Shown here: in pieces, positions 14,555-26,309 of the stretch | How positions within the stretch are numbered: the stretch's first letter is position 1 | Layout of the letters: every line of letters begins with the position of its first letter | Assembly: GCF_006345805.1 (NCBI RefSeq) | Contig: NC_043025.1 | Span: 2,542,001 to 2,606,000 of the forward strand | DNA: 64,000 nt | Source: Octopus sinensis | Lineage: Eukaryota | Direction of reading: 5' to 3' | Position numbers and translations under genes: made by a program | Notes under the pieces: generated by a model | Told to the model about the DNA's origin: nothing | The model's database searches: none | The model's input: the letters and a program-made list of their open reading frames with translations, nothing else

Positions 14555-15403
14555 ACCAAGTGGCATCGTAATGTTCCTGATGAGTTATGTTTAATAAAAC
14601 CAACTTATATTAACTTCATCTCCTTCGTAAAGTCACCTTGTGCAGGAATACACCGCCAAGCTTTTCGAATACATCCGATCCAGATTTCTTGACACTTTTG
14701 GAATCCGGCCTGGTGAGGACATCTTGATCTCAACAACGGTGTTAAATTTCCTATTGATCTCGATCAGTGAACCGTATTTTTATCTTGGGAAGAGATGGAA
14801 GTCACCAAGTGCTGAATCTAGCAATAAAGACATGCACAGAAGCGATAGCATGTTGCTTCTGGCAAGAACCCACGAGTGTGGTGACAGGGTACATTGTCGT
14901 CTAAAAAATCCAATACTTTGCGCCACCACAAACCCAGTCACGTTTCTCGAATGTCCTCCTTGAAAAGCTTTAAAATATCGCAGTTGATCTCTCCTTTGGA
15001 TTCGGGGTCGAATTCTCAATGCACAATGCTGACGATGTAGAAAAAATATTGAAATGCTCTTTGGTTAAGCTGTCATTCTGTCGTGCACCTGTGAACTTGA
15101 AATATTACGTGCGACCCATTGTCTCATCGCTAAAAGCTTGCCAATGCATGCTACATCTTCCCAATTTTTACGTAAAGTTTCATGTTGGTTCTTTCTTCCA
15201 TACCCGTCCTATTCATACACGTCATCACAAAAATACAAATTCCACATCGTGTGAAGTATACACATCGATGTTACTCAGCATACTTCATCATGAAGGTCAC
15301 TGCTCGCTATCACCGTACATGCAAATGTGTGCATGCAAATGTGTGCATCCAAGCGTTGGCGCGCTATAGAGTTTTTCCGTGAAATTTTGATACAATCGCG
15401 TAT
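14555..15403 (-). mobile_element. Deleted mariner-type transposon
   Basis: LDSALGDFHLFPR is a decayed YSPDLAPxDF motif. Imperfect TIRs read TAC..GTGG.ATC and TACACG...GTATCAAAATTTC. Paralogue at 49644-50476. Confidence 0.75.
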
Positions 15404-15431
15404 ATATAAATATATATATATATATATATAA

Positions 15432-15652
15432 GTAATAATTATCGCTATACTAATATGGCAGTCTTATAAATATAAGACTAAAGCTGTCGCTGATTAGCTC
15501 CACGAGGCCACCGTCTCTAGCTAGCTACTTGAACACACAACTGCGCACGTTATAAACCTTCGCACAGCGGAGGTTCCGCCGCTTCATCCTGCTAGTCAGC
15601 ACAGCTGCATACACGTTCCAGTTGTTGCCCTTTATCATTACTAACTGCTGTA
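15432..15652 (-). mobile_element. Diverged partial relative of the ~360-bp hammerhead repeat
   Basis: TATCGCTATACTAATATGGCAGTCTTATAAA...AAAGCTGTC...TTAGCTCCACGAGGCCA aligns to the unit at 37362. The core is decayed (aTGATAA...GGAA-CGTG-TA). It lies in (TA)n and is absent from the paralogous site near 50480. Confidence 0.7.
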
Positions 15653-15963
15653 GATATATATATATATATATATATATATAGACTAGCAGTAATACTTTTC
15701 GTGATCGGGTATATTCTAAACTGTTCTCGGGCCAAGAAACTACAAAGGTTATGTCGTGTCCAGGTCCACTATTTATGGACAACCTAAATTCAAGATGTGA
15801 AATTTGAAAATGAAATTCGTAACAATCATAGATAACCACATACACTTGCATTTATACACACATATATGTATGTATTTGTACGTATAACAATATATAATAT
15901 ATATATATGCATGGATGTGTGTGAGTGTGTGTAAGTGTTATAAGTGTGTTTGTATATATATAA

Positions 15964-16063
15964 NNNNNNNNNNNNNNNNNNNNNNNNNNNNNNNNNNNNN
16001 NNNNNNNNNNNNNNNNNNNNNNNNNNNNNNNNNNNNNNNNNNNNNNNNNNNNNNNNNNNNNNN
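15964..16063. other. Assembly gap (100 N)
   Basis: Run of N. Confidence 1.
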
Positions 16064-16207
16064 TATAGTGCGTGTGTTTTTATTGGCTAAACTGGCAAAA
16101 TTACCATTCCAAAATACAACAATATCTGTTTCAACACACGATTTAACATCAAAATTCTTGCAAATCAAATGCATAATCGTGTCTATATTATATATATATA
16201 TATTATA

Positions 16208-16240
<33 letters not shown>

Positions 16241-16249
16241 CGTATATTA

Positions 16250-16348
<99 letters not shown>

Positions 16349-16579
16349 AATATAATGTATATATATTTTGTTGCTTTGTTGATGTGTGACTTATAGTATT
16401 TGTATTAATATTCCTTATCCCATTGTTTCCCCATTCTGATATTCCACGTTATTTTTCCTGTCTTAATATATCTTCTTTTCCTGCATTTATCGTCTTCTTC
16501 ACAATTTTTCTCTACATTCATCTTGTTCATCATTTTCTGGTTCTTCTGCTTTTAATTATTTCAACTGCTTTCTCCTCTC

Positions 16580-16892
16580 TTCATGAATCATTTTTGCTTC
16601 TTCTTCTTCTTTTTCTTCTTCTTTTTCTTTTTTCTTCTTCTTCTTCTTCTTCTTCTTCTTCTTCTCTATATCTATAATTCGATGATTTATTTTCCTTCAC
16701 CTTCTTCGTTTCTAATCAATTTCTAATTTTCCATCATATCTTTCATCATTATCATCATCATCGTCATCTTCGTCACCATCATCATCATCATCACTATCAT
16801 CATCATCATCATCAACATCATGATCATCCTCATGATCATCATCATCATCATCATAATCATCATCATCATCATCATCATCAGTATCATCTTCA
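16580..16892. repeat. (CTT)n and (CAT)n simple repeats
   Basis: Visible trinucleotide runs; these generate the spurious poly-Ser and poly-Asp ORFs. Confidence 0.9.
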
Positions 16893-16905
16893 GCGCTATC
16901 ATATC

Positions 16906-16935
16906 CTTTCAAAACATTCAAAGTTTAGTTGAAAT
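16906..16935 (+). pseudogene. 3' remnant of an LRR exon paralogous to 33237-33308
   Basis: CTTTCAAAACATTCAAAGTTTAGTTGAAAT|GTAAGTTGCTTAAG (FQNIQSLVE) compared with CTTTCAAAATCTTCCAAGTTTACAGAAAAT|GTAAGTTGCTTAAG. The downstream ~1.4 kb of intron is also homologous. Confidence 0.75.
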
Positions 16936-17803
16936 GTAAGTTGCTTAAGTTTTTTGATATTATTTTATTTAAGAAATTTTTCTAGTAACTTAATGTCTTC
17001 TCATCTTCCTTTTTCTCTCTCTATCTCTAACTAATGTTCTGCTACTATTTTCATGTTAGAGTGTGTATGAAGGTGTCTATGAGTGTTTGTGTCTCTATGT
17101 GTCTGCATAAATGTCTAACATTTTCTGTATGAGTGTATGATTGTACGTGAATATGTATGTTTGCATTTGTGTCTATAGGTGGGTATATTATGAAATATAT
17201 ATTTATGCAGAGTTATACTCACTTCAAGAAAAGAAAGTATAGAAATATATTCATCCTCACTCTTTTGAGATACTGGTTCAATAATATGAGTTATTTTAAA
17301 CTCTACAATTACATGACGTGCTGAAGTTGGTAGTCGTCATTTTCTATTTGTACAGTGAGCTACAGCTGGGGCAATTTGGTCAAACTGTCCAGTGTGATGG
17401 CTGCATATGCCGTTTCAATTTCTTTAGGAAGGATGTTAATGTAGCTAGTCGTCCACAACATAAAACAACGTTTGGTGTGTCCCTCGTACGTTTGTGTCTG
17501 TGTGTATGTCTGATAATTTTACTTATGTTGATATATTTTTATTATCATTTCTATCCTCATTCCCGAATTTTCTTGTTATTGTTTTGCTTGTCCATCTTGT
17601 CTGTTTTTTTGCTACTCATATTACTTTTTCTTCATCACCGACTTCTTCGTTGTTATTATTGTTGTTGTTGTCATTGTTTTTGTTCTTCTTCACCTTCTTC
17701 TCCTTCTCCTTCTCCTTTTTCTTCTTCTTCTTCACCTTATTCGTACTAAAATTATTATTATTATTATCATTATTATTATTTTTTTTTTTAATATATTATT
17801 TTA

Positions 17804-17862
<59 letters not shown>

Positions 17863-18088
17863 AACGAAATACATTATAATCGAACCGAGTGAAAACGAGT
17901 TTATTGAGTAGAGTACTTTTTGAAATGTCAACTGATGAGAAGCATCTGCAAAGAAAGATGCACCGCGGCCAATCGACCATCATCTCATCCGTGAGTGGCC
18001 GATTGAAGACCGGTTGAAACAGCAGTAATGATTAATGTATCAAGTAAAATCCATTTTCCATTTCCGTCATACGTGTGTGTGTGTATTT

Positions 18089-18125
<37 letters not shown>

Positions 18126-18269
18126 TTACGCGTAGGCATTGGCATGGCTGTGTGATAAGAATTTTGCTTCTGTATTCAGTTCTTCTCCGTGTAATCTGGT
18201 CTCAAACCAAACAAACTCGTGTATGTTAGTTACTTGGGTTCACGGTAACTGAAGGAAACCCGTCGTATA

Positions 18270-18760
18270 TATAAATTTTCTGAACGAGCTAAGTTTAATA
18301 AAGGTAACTCATGTTACCTGAGCAATAATGCAACTGCCCCAGCTTTTCTGACACTTTTGAAATCCGGCCTGGAAGTAGTTTTCCATAGGCGAGTCGAGGA
18401 CCTCTAGATTTCGACAATGATGTTAAGTTTGCTCTTGATCTCGACCTCTGAGCTGATTTTTCATCTTGAGGAACGGATGCAAGTCAGCAGGTGGTAAATC
18501 TGGCGAATAGGGCAGATGCGGAAGCGATAGCATGTTGTTTTTGGCAAGAAACTTACGAGTGAGGTGATAGGTGCATTTTTGTCGTGAAAAATTCAATACT
18601 TCGCGAATCCAGATCCGGTCATTTTCCCCAAACGTCCTCGCTGAATAATCTCCCAATACACAATACCGAGGATGTCGGAAAAATATGATGAACATGCTCT
18701 GGATTAAGCTGTGATTTATTCGTGCGCCCATACACTCGAAACATTACGTAAGAACCACTG
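18270..18760 (-). mobile_element. Mariner fragment
   Basis: ORF 18423-18731 contains LPHLPYSPDLPPADLHPFLKMKNQLRG. Confidence 0.85.
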
Positions 18761-18814
18761 TCGTACGTAATGTTTCGAGTTGTAAGGTACCGCACGAGTG
18801 GAATTATATATCAA

Positions 18815-19520
18815 AGAAGGTTTGAAAATGCAATGTTAAAAAATGTTTATTTACTTGACCGGTTTCAGTTATTTAGAAAGAATTGTCAAAAGCAACATGT
18901 AAAATCTTTGTTGTGTTAGGTACTGGTTGTCACAAAATATTACAATACATATATACATTCTTTGATAATAATAAGAATATGTTAAACACAGTTTACAAGG
19001 GAAAATCTTGGGAAAATATAAAAGAAATTTGACAAGTTCATTAAAATATTGGGTACAAAAGATTACAATACATATATACATTCTTTGATAATAAAAAGAG
19101 AATGTTAAAAACAGTTTACAGAAAGAATTATTAAAAAGTTCAGAGGAAAATTGGTATTGTATCTGTATATATACACACAGAAAATTATAAGTTCAAAAAG
19201 GTTACATTTTGGTAGTATATAAATGTACAATGAGGGAGATATGTTTAGTTTGAACTGACCTGATTCCCCATATTATCGTAAAAGCTTTTACGATAATATG
19301 CGGAATCAGGTCAGTTCAAACTAAACATATCTCCCTCATTGTACATTTATATACTATCTAAATGTTCATATTATTATCAAAGAATGCGTATATGTATTGT
19401 AGACAATCAGTACCTAACACAACAAAGCTTTTACATGTTACTTTTGACAATCTTTTTGTAAAAAAGTGAAACCGGTCAAGTAAATAAACATCTTTTAAAA
19501 TTGCATTTTCAAACCTTCAT
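18815..19520. repeat. Fold-back element with outer inverted arms, each carrying a hammerhead motif, and a 144-bp inner palindrome
   Basis: 18815-18970 is inverted at 19369-19518. The palindrome 19213-19356 is centred on AAAAGCTTTT with one mismatch. The HHR at 19438-19483 (+) reads ttactt-TTGACAA-tctttttgtaaaaaagt-GAAA-CCGG-TC-aagtaa. Confidence 0.85.
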
Positions 19521-20239
19521 TCATATATATATATATATATTCTTTTATTCTTTTATATGTTTTAACCCTGAGGCTGTGTCGATGCTGGGGCCCCACCAGT
19601 GTAAACACTTTTCGACTGGCCGAGTTTATGGGATTGGCCAGAGTTCGCTACCGCTGCAGTCTTTTGAGTTTCCTGCCCTGATATTGGTTCACTTGTATAG
19701 CAAGAGGTCAAGTCGTATGTTGAAACATCTAAACCCACTCTTCAGATCTGTTAAATATCTGTGAGCACTTGAACTCCAAACTATTGCAGTACATTCTCCT
19801 AATATTAAATGAAAGATCTGGGAATTTTAGAACAGTGCAGTGACGTCCAATTCGGGGTCTGGTATAATTCTGAATTCCAAAGTTTGATACCAGCTTCCCT
19901 AGTAACTTCCACACATATCACTAAATACATCTCCGGTTTTCGCTCCATGGAGTAGAGTCCTAAATCTTTCAAATACTCTTTACTCCCTCTTTTACTCTTT
20001 TACTTGTTTCAGTCATTTGACTTCGGCCATGCTGGAACACCGCCTTTTAGTCGAGCAAATCGACCCCGGGACTTATTCTTTGTAAGCCCAGTATCGTTAA
20101 TACTGGGTTAATATCATGTGTGATCACTGCCATCAAAGGTGGAACATGTGTCTGTGAAATGATAGTATGATCCAACGTAGAACTTATTGAAATACTCACC
20201 TAAAAGCATATTTTACACCTACGATAGATGGTAAGGATT

Positions 20240-20560
20240 GAGTTGAGACCTCCGTCGGTCATTACTGACGTGGGATTGCACCTAGAAAGTTACCCTCCCA
20301 GGCATAAGTCCGGGCAAGTTTGTTTATGGAAGACCAGCAGTCACCCATGCATACAGGCCTCCCCTCTCTATCTAAGGGAAAGGCAACTGCCGATACAACT
20401 TGGAACCTGTGACGTCGCAACTCATTTCTACAGCTGAGTGAACTGGAGCAACGCGAAATAAAGGGTCTTGCTCAAGAATACAACACCCAGCCCGGTCCGG
20501 GATTCGAACTCACAACCTCATGATTGTAAGCTCCACGCTCTAACCACTGATCCATGCACT
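20240..20560 (-). mobile_element. tRNA-derived SINE
   Basis: Minus-strand head GGATCAGTGGTTAGAGCG...GAGTTCGAATCCCG and central TTGAGCAAGACCCTTTATTTCGCGTTGCTCCAGTTCACTCAGC. Absent at the paralogous site near 35950. Confidence 0.85.
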
Positions 20561-21557
20561 ATATATTACTTATATCATCTGAACAATATACAATGGTAGT
20601 GTTATGGAATAAAGAATATCGTTTAATTCATTCTCTCTTATTCACCTCTGTTTAAACACTAAACAGAAAAAGGAAAAAGAAACAATTTTTCCACAATAAA
20701 AAATCGAGATGCAACAGACATAATTCAAAAATCTTTAGTACCAGTCTTCAACGCGGGTTTCGAAATAGCAAATCCAAATCGCCATACAATACCACCATAT
20801 AAACACCAGTTGCTGATGTCACATAAATCATTGAAATTTTACATCTGATCAGAACCGAACTTGAGCAAACACAACAAAGTGACGCTTTAAGAGAATCAAC
20901 CAACTGGAATGGTTTATGCCCGTCCCCCAATGGGAAGTCAACCAGGCAGAACAACAACCTTGCCCACCAGAAAAATTAGACGTCACCTGTAATTTAATGA
21001 ATCAAATACCAGATCGGTTCACGGAAATAATTGTAAACACATCCAATTCCAAAAAACGCCGTTACAAGCAAAAGTCCTTGCACACGACGGACAATGATTC
21101 ACAGAGACTGTGCTCAAAGATTTCCCTTTTTCCACTATCTCAATTTCTCCCTTGTTTTTCTCCTTCTTTACCCTGTATGGCCGAAACTCTGATGATATAC
21201 ATTTCTTATCGATCTTTTGAATTTTATGCATTCAAACAAGATCTTCCACATTTTTTATATTATTGAATGTTATGAATATTTAAATCATATTTCATATTAC
21301 TGAAACTTGTAAACATTGAAACATGTTATTCTAGTTCATTATTTAAAATTTTTACCATTGATAAAAGTATTGTTGAAACTAGTTTGGTATGTATGTAAAA
21401 AAGGTTATTTAAAAACAATTCAAATAAGGTTATTTTTAAAAAATCCAAATTTAGGTGCATCGTGAACAACAAATTTTTATATAGTTTTGCCTCCTCATAT
21501 ATGCATACATACATACATACATACATATATGTATATATATATATATATATATTTATA

Positions 21558-21768
21558 TATCTATACAATAATATGTTACATTACTCGATAGTCAAGATAA
21601 AACTCTGAGTTTCAGATGCCGAAGTGGAAATCCACAACACCATCTCTTCGGTTATCTGGAAAATAGCCAGATAACCGAAGAGATGGTGTTGTGGATTTCC
21701 ACTTTGGCATCTGAAACTCAGAGTTTTATCTTGACTATCCAGTAATGTAACATATTATTGTATAGATA
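21558..21768. repeat. Near-perfect palindrome (102-bp arms, 7-nt loop) with a hammerhead-like motif in each arm
   Basis: Arms 21558-21659 and 21667-21768. The + arm reads agataa-CCGAAGA-gatg...catct-GAAA-CTCAGAG-TT-ttatct. Confidence 0.85.
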
Positions 21769-21829
21769 AATTTCCTCTATTTACATAATATTGAGGTCTC
21801 TTTCTTTCTTTTGTTATCTTACCGTTTTA

Positions 21830-21870
<41 letters not shown>

Positions 21871-21879
21871 GTTATATAT

Positions 21880-22950
21880 ACGCAAGATTTTTTATGTGAA
21901 GTCGTGTGTTGAAACAAATGTTGTTATATTTCGGAATGGTCATTTTGCCAGTTTAGCCAATATAAACACACGCACTATATATCTGGTGTTACTTTGCTTC
22001 AGTGTTATTTATTTTTTATATTAATCGTAATCTTATTTCGGCCAGAGTTCTTTCGTCACACTCCTGTAAAGCCAGAAATTGTGTCTATAGTATAAGATGT
22101 GAAGAGGGACGATGCAGTAATAAGACAACGACATACGTAGGGGAAACAGCAATAAGCATAGGAGAGCGGGTAAATGGTCATTGGAGACAACTCAAGGAAG
22201 GTAAAAGCTCATCGATTCTGTACCAACACGCCGAACAGGAACACAGGGGTTCAAACAACAACATAGAAATTAAAATATTGTCCACACATAGAACAGATGC
22301 AACAATCAGACAAATTACAGAAGCTACACATATAATAGAAAATAAACCTAGCCTGAATAGAAAACTAGAATGGAACACTAGTACACACCACAATATATGA
22401 CGGTAGAGGATCCCGAAAACATAATAAATACACAGATAAATTAACAAATAGAAATAAATAACAATTTTATATTTTTTTCTATTTATTATTATTATTACTA
22501 GTATTGTTTTTATACATATATACATACTTACAAGCATATGTAATGATAATTAGTGGATGTAAACACATGAACAAAATAAGAATAAACAAAAACAACAACA
22601 AAAACAAATTACATCAACGTATATAAACAGAAGATACAAATATTACAGGCATCCCCCCACACACACTAAATAAACATAGACGCACATAGAGATATAAACA
22701 TGCACAAATGAAGACATACAATAGAAATACAAAATTACTGACGTTTAGTAAGGAGAGACACAAATAAGAAAAAAGAAAACAAAGGACCACTGATGCGGTC
22801 ACAGGAGTGTGACGAAAGAACTTTGGCCGAAATAAGATTAAGATTAATGTAAAAAAATAAATAACACTGAAGCAAAGTAACACCAAATATATAGTGCGTG
22901 TGTTTTTTATTGGCTAAACGGGCGAAATGACCATTCCGAAATATAACAAT
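21880..22950 (+). mobile_element. 5'-truncated Penelope-like element: GIY-YIG end, pseudo-LTR and inverted pseudo-LTR
   Basis: ORF 22002-22400 reads NCVYSIRC...YVGETAISIGERVNGH...RQITEATHI...PSLNRKLEW. Segment 21915-22067 is the inverted copy of 22801-22950. HHR-like motif at 22784-22828. Confidence 0.88.
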
Positions 22951-22959
22951 ATATACATA

Positions 22960-23054
<95 letters not shown>

Positions 23055-23055
<1 letters not shown>

Positions 23056-26000
23056 ACTTTTTGATCCGAGGGGAGGCAATGCGAGCAACAACCACAGGAG
23101 CATCACAAAATCCACAGAAAGACCAAACACATACAAATCTTCATATACTCATTTATATCTATAAAGCCCAACATTTAGATCCTAATCTACACATTCTTTC
23201 TGATAAAACAGGCAATATTTATTCAGTGCCTTATGAAACTTAGGATGAATTGATATCCAAAGAGCTGCACGCTAAATACAAAATCGCCAAGAAATCGGCT
23301 CTTGCCGACATTAATAATAGACAGTATGACTAATTTCTGAATTGGGAATCCTTGACTGCACGCAACCTTACGATCCTTAGACCTCGCACTGCACCCTAGA
23401 GGACCATAAAAAAGATTTTCTTGCCAAATACGATTAATTTGCCCAACTAAATTTGACTTGGGTAGAATCAGCAAATCCATATTGGATAGAATTATTCCAG
23501 TGATAAGAGAAAGGACGATGTTGCCCTTATGGGAATCTACCAATGCTATTTTATATAGGTTTCACACAATTAAATGTGATGACTCATCGTCATTTGTACA
23601 ATTTGATATTTCGAATTACAACTCCTTGATCTCTCCCATCTTACTGAATAAAGCAATCATTTTAGCCCGGAACTTTGTTGAAATATCGAATCTAGATATT
23701 GATATTATTCAAGCAGCAAGAATGACTCTGATAAATTATGGAAAGCACCACTGGTCTAAATCGCATTCTTTTATTTTATTCGACATCACTATGGAATCAT
23801 CGGACTCGGCTCAAGTAACGGATATTGTTGGTCTATTTTTGTTAGACAAGTTTAAGCGGTTTTTCCCATCTCTATCCGAAGGGATTTATTGGGATGACGC
23901 ATTATTCATCTTCTCTAATCATTCAAATCCTCAGATTGAAAGAATGAAAAAGGACCTTAGAGAATCTCTCAAGGACCTTTATAATTTGAGCATCGTTTTT
24001 GAGAATAATCCTAAAGTGGCAAATTTCTTCGACATCACTCTCTATCTGAATACTAGCTTACACTACCCTTTCCGAAAACCAAACCAAACTTCCCGATATA
24101 TCAATGTTTCCTCAAATCATCCCAAATCAACCATCAATAGCATTATAACTGCAATTTCTATCAGAATCTCAAACCTATCGGCGAATAAAGACATCTTTAA
24201 TCAACACGCCCCAATATACAACAATGCCTTGAAATTGAGTGGGTTCACAAATAATATTGAATACATACACAATACAAAATTAAAAATTAAATTGTCCAGC
24301 ATGGTCAGCGACGATATGAAACGGATTTCGGATAGCAGAGGCTCCCCTCATGATCCCCAAGGAACTCGCAACAAGCTGATAATAAGGTTAATTAGGTTAA
24401 TAATGAGAATTGTAATGATGAAAATACCATGGATGATAACAGCAACGGGAGGGAAGGGGTTGCAAATAATAGGAGTCATAAATGTGAATTGAGGTTTAAA
24501 GTTGGGCTTAGGTCTAGTGAAGTTGAAAATAGGAATAAGAATAATACTAATAGTAGTAAAAATAAAAATATAAATATTACTAATACATACAGGAATGGCC
24601 TTACGTCAAGTCGAGCAACATATTGTAATCCCATTATTAATACTAAGTCTAGGATTCGTCAAGTTACTTGGTTTGCCTCTCCCTTTTCATTAAGGGTGAA
24701 AGGTTTACCAAAGCTATTTTTAAAGTTATTGAAGGAAAATTTCCCAAAACACCATAAGTACTATTCAATATGTAACAAGTCAACAATCAAGTTGGCCTAC
24801 TCAGACACTCCCAATGTCGGATCTATTGTTGCTTCGTTGAACAGAAGTAAAATAAGGCGCTATAATGATAGAAACGATGACAGAAGCTTTAATGGAAAAT
24901 TCATTAAGGACAGAAGATAGTAGTAATATTAATAGTACGTCTTCTGAAATCGATTATGAAGGGCGTATTGGAATGACAAATAGTAGAGATAATCATAATA
25001 ATGATGTTGGTGATGATATTAGTGATTATAATGATTATCAGGGTGGTAATAATAGTGTTAATTGTAGTGATAATGGTAATACAAATATTAGTAAAAATAA
25101 AAATAAGAATGATGGTAATAGTAAGAATAATAATACATATACATATAACAATACATATACCGGAAAATAGTAGGAACGATGGTGTAAATGATATGGTGGA
25201 TCCTAGTACTGGGAGGGGGCATGGTTTCGGAGTGATCAGTAATACGAGACCCCGTAGCAGGTTGAAGAAATGTAATTGTAGGGGGCTCATCAGTATGTCC
25301 GATTAGCGGAAATTGTCGCCAGGAAAATGTAGTTTATAAATGTAGTGTTGAGGCTCAAGGAGGCCAGAGAAAAATATATGTTGGAAGCACAGTAGACTTT
25401 AAGCAGAGGTATCGATCCCACCTGAGCTCTTTCAACAATCCTAAATATAAGAACTCTACAACATTGGCATTACATGTTAATGACCTTAAGGAAAGGAATG
25501 TTGAATTTAAAATATCATGGCCTATCATTGCGCACGCCCCCCTATAGAATTGGGTCCACTAGATGCGGTTTATGCATAAGGGAAGCATATACTATATTGA
25601 AAAATTACAACAACGCAGTGTTAAATAAGTTCACTGATGCAATACCGGCGTGTACGCATAAGATCCACTCGACGTTCTATAAGAAATTTAGAAATAGAAA
25701 TAGCAATAACAGTTAGAGCTAAGCAATAACAATTGAATTAAATTTAGTAAGTAGTAAATGAAATAAAACTAAAGTAATGTAATTATTAAAAGAAAAAAAT
25801 AGCTATTAGTATAAAATGTGTCAAGGACTTGAACCCGAATATGTGGCTTTGCATGTATGTGAGAACTTATAAGATTGAAGAAAAATAAAATAAAATAAGT
25901 GCAGAACTGAAATGGTCCAGATGGCGCTGTGTGCATAAAATTTACTATGGCTGCTGGATCGAATTATATGCATATAAAATAGCATTCATGATCGATAAAA

Positions 26001-26260
26001 ATTTTTGGGAGTACGTAATGTCTCGTTTCTGAATATGGCCGGTATGTAATTGTGTATTTGTTCACGTTTACTATGTGTTGTATGTATAGGATATCCTGAT
26101 GAGGGGAGTGCCAATTTTAAGTATATGATATGACTAATATTAATTGGCGCGTCTCCGAAACCCCCGTAGAGGGACTTCTGTGTATCTTTGTAAACTTGTA
26201 TTTTTGTAAATTGTATAATTATTATCTTCTATGTACATTTCGCTAGAATTTTAATTCGTC
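23055..26260 (+). mobile_element. Near full-length degenerate Naiad-clade Penelope-like element with Asn-rich inserts
   Basis: RT at 23458-24492 (QFDISNYN, FDITMESSDSAQVTDIVGL, GIYWDD, NFFDITL, YINVSSNHP), then RQVTWFASPFS, CNCRG..VCPISGNC, NVVYKC..IYVGST..FKQRYRSH and CGLC..CTH. A hammerhead-like motif at 26096-26175 lies in the 3' pseudo-LTR. Confidence 0.9.
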
Positions 26261-26309
26261 TTTTAATTTGCCATTGTATGCTTTATTTTTATTTATTATT
26301 ATACTATTT

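Larger units (their letters stand above)
2860..15720. repeat. Segmental duplication block, paralogous to 39997-50572
   Basis: Colinear direct similarity by eye: 2860-5785 matches 39997-42941 and 9060-15720 matches 43777-50572. Each copy carries its own TE insertions. Confidence 0.9.

Noticed and set aside
16712-16921. Poly-Asp ORF on the minus strand
   Set aside because: It is read from a (CAT)n repeat and has no domain or splice support.
17318-17892. Conserved-looking ORF MLKLVVVIFYLYSELQLGQFGQ, also at 33712-34152
   Set aside because: Similarity is explained by the duplication. Frames diverge after indels and run into simple repeats.
21178-21200. GAAACTCTGATGA adjacent hammerhead boxes
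   Set aside because: There is no room for stems I and III, and the paralogue near 36590 lacks CTGATGA.
25985-26040. SECIS element in the Naiad 3' region (some Naiads encode selenoproteins)
   Set aside because: ATGA...TGAA is present but helix II does not pair, and the conserved zinc-finger cysteines use ordinary TGY codons.
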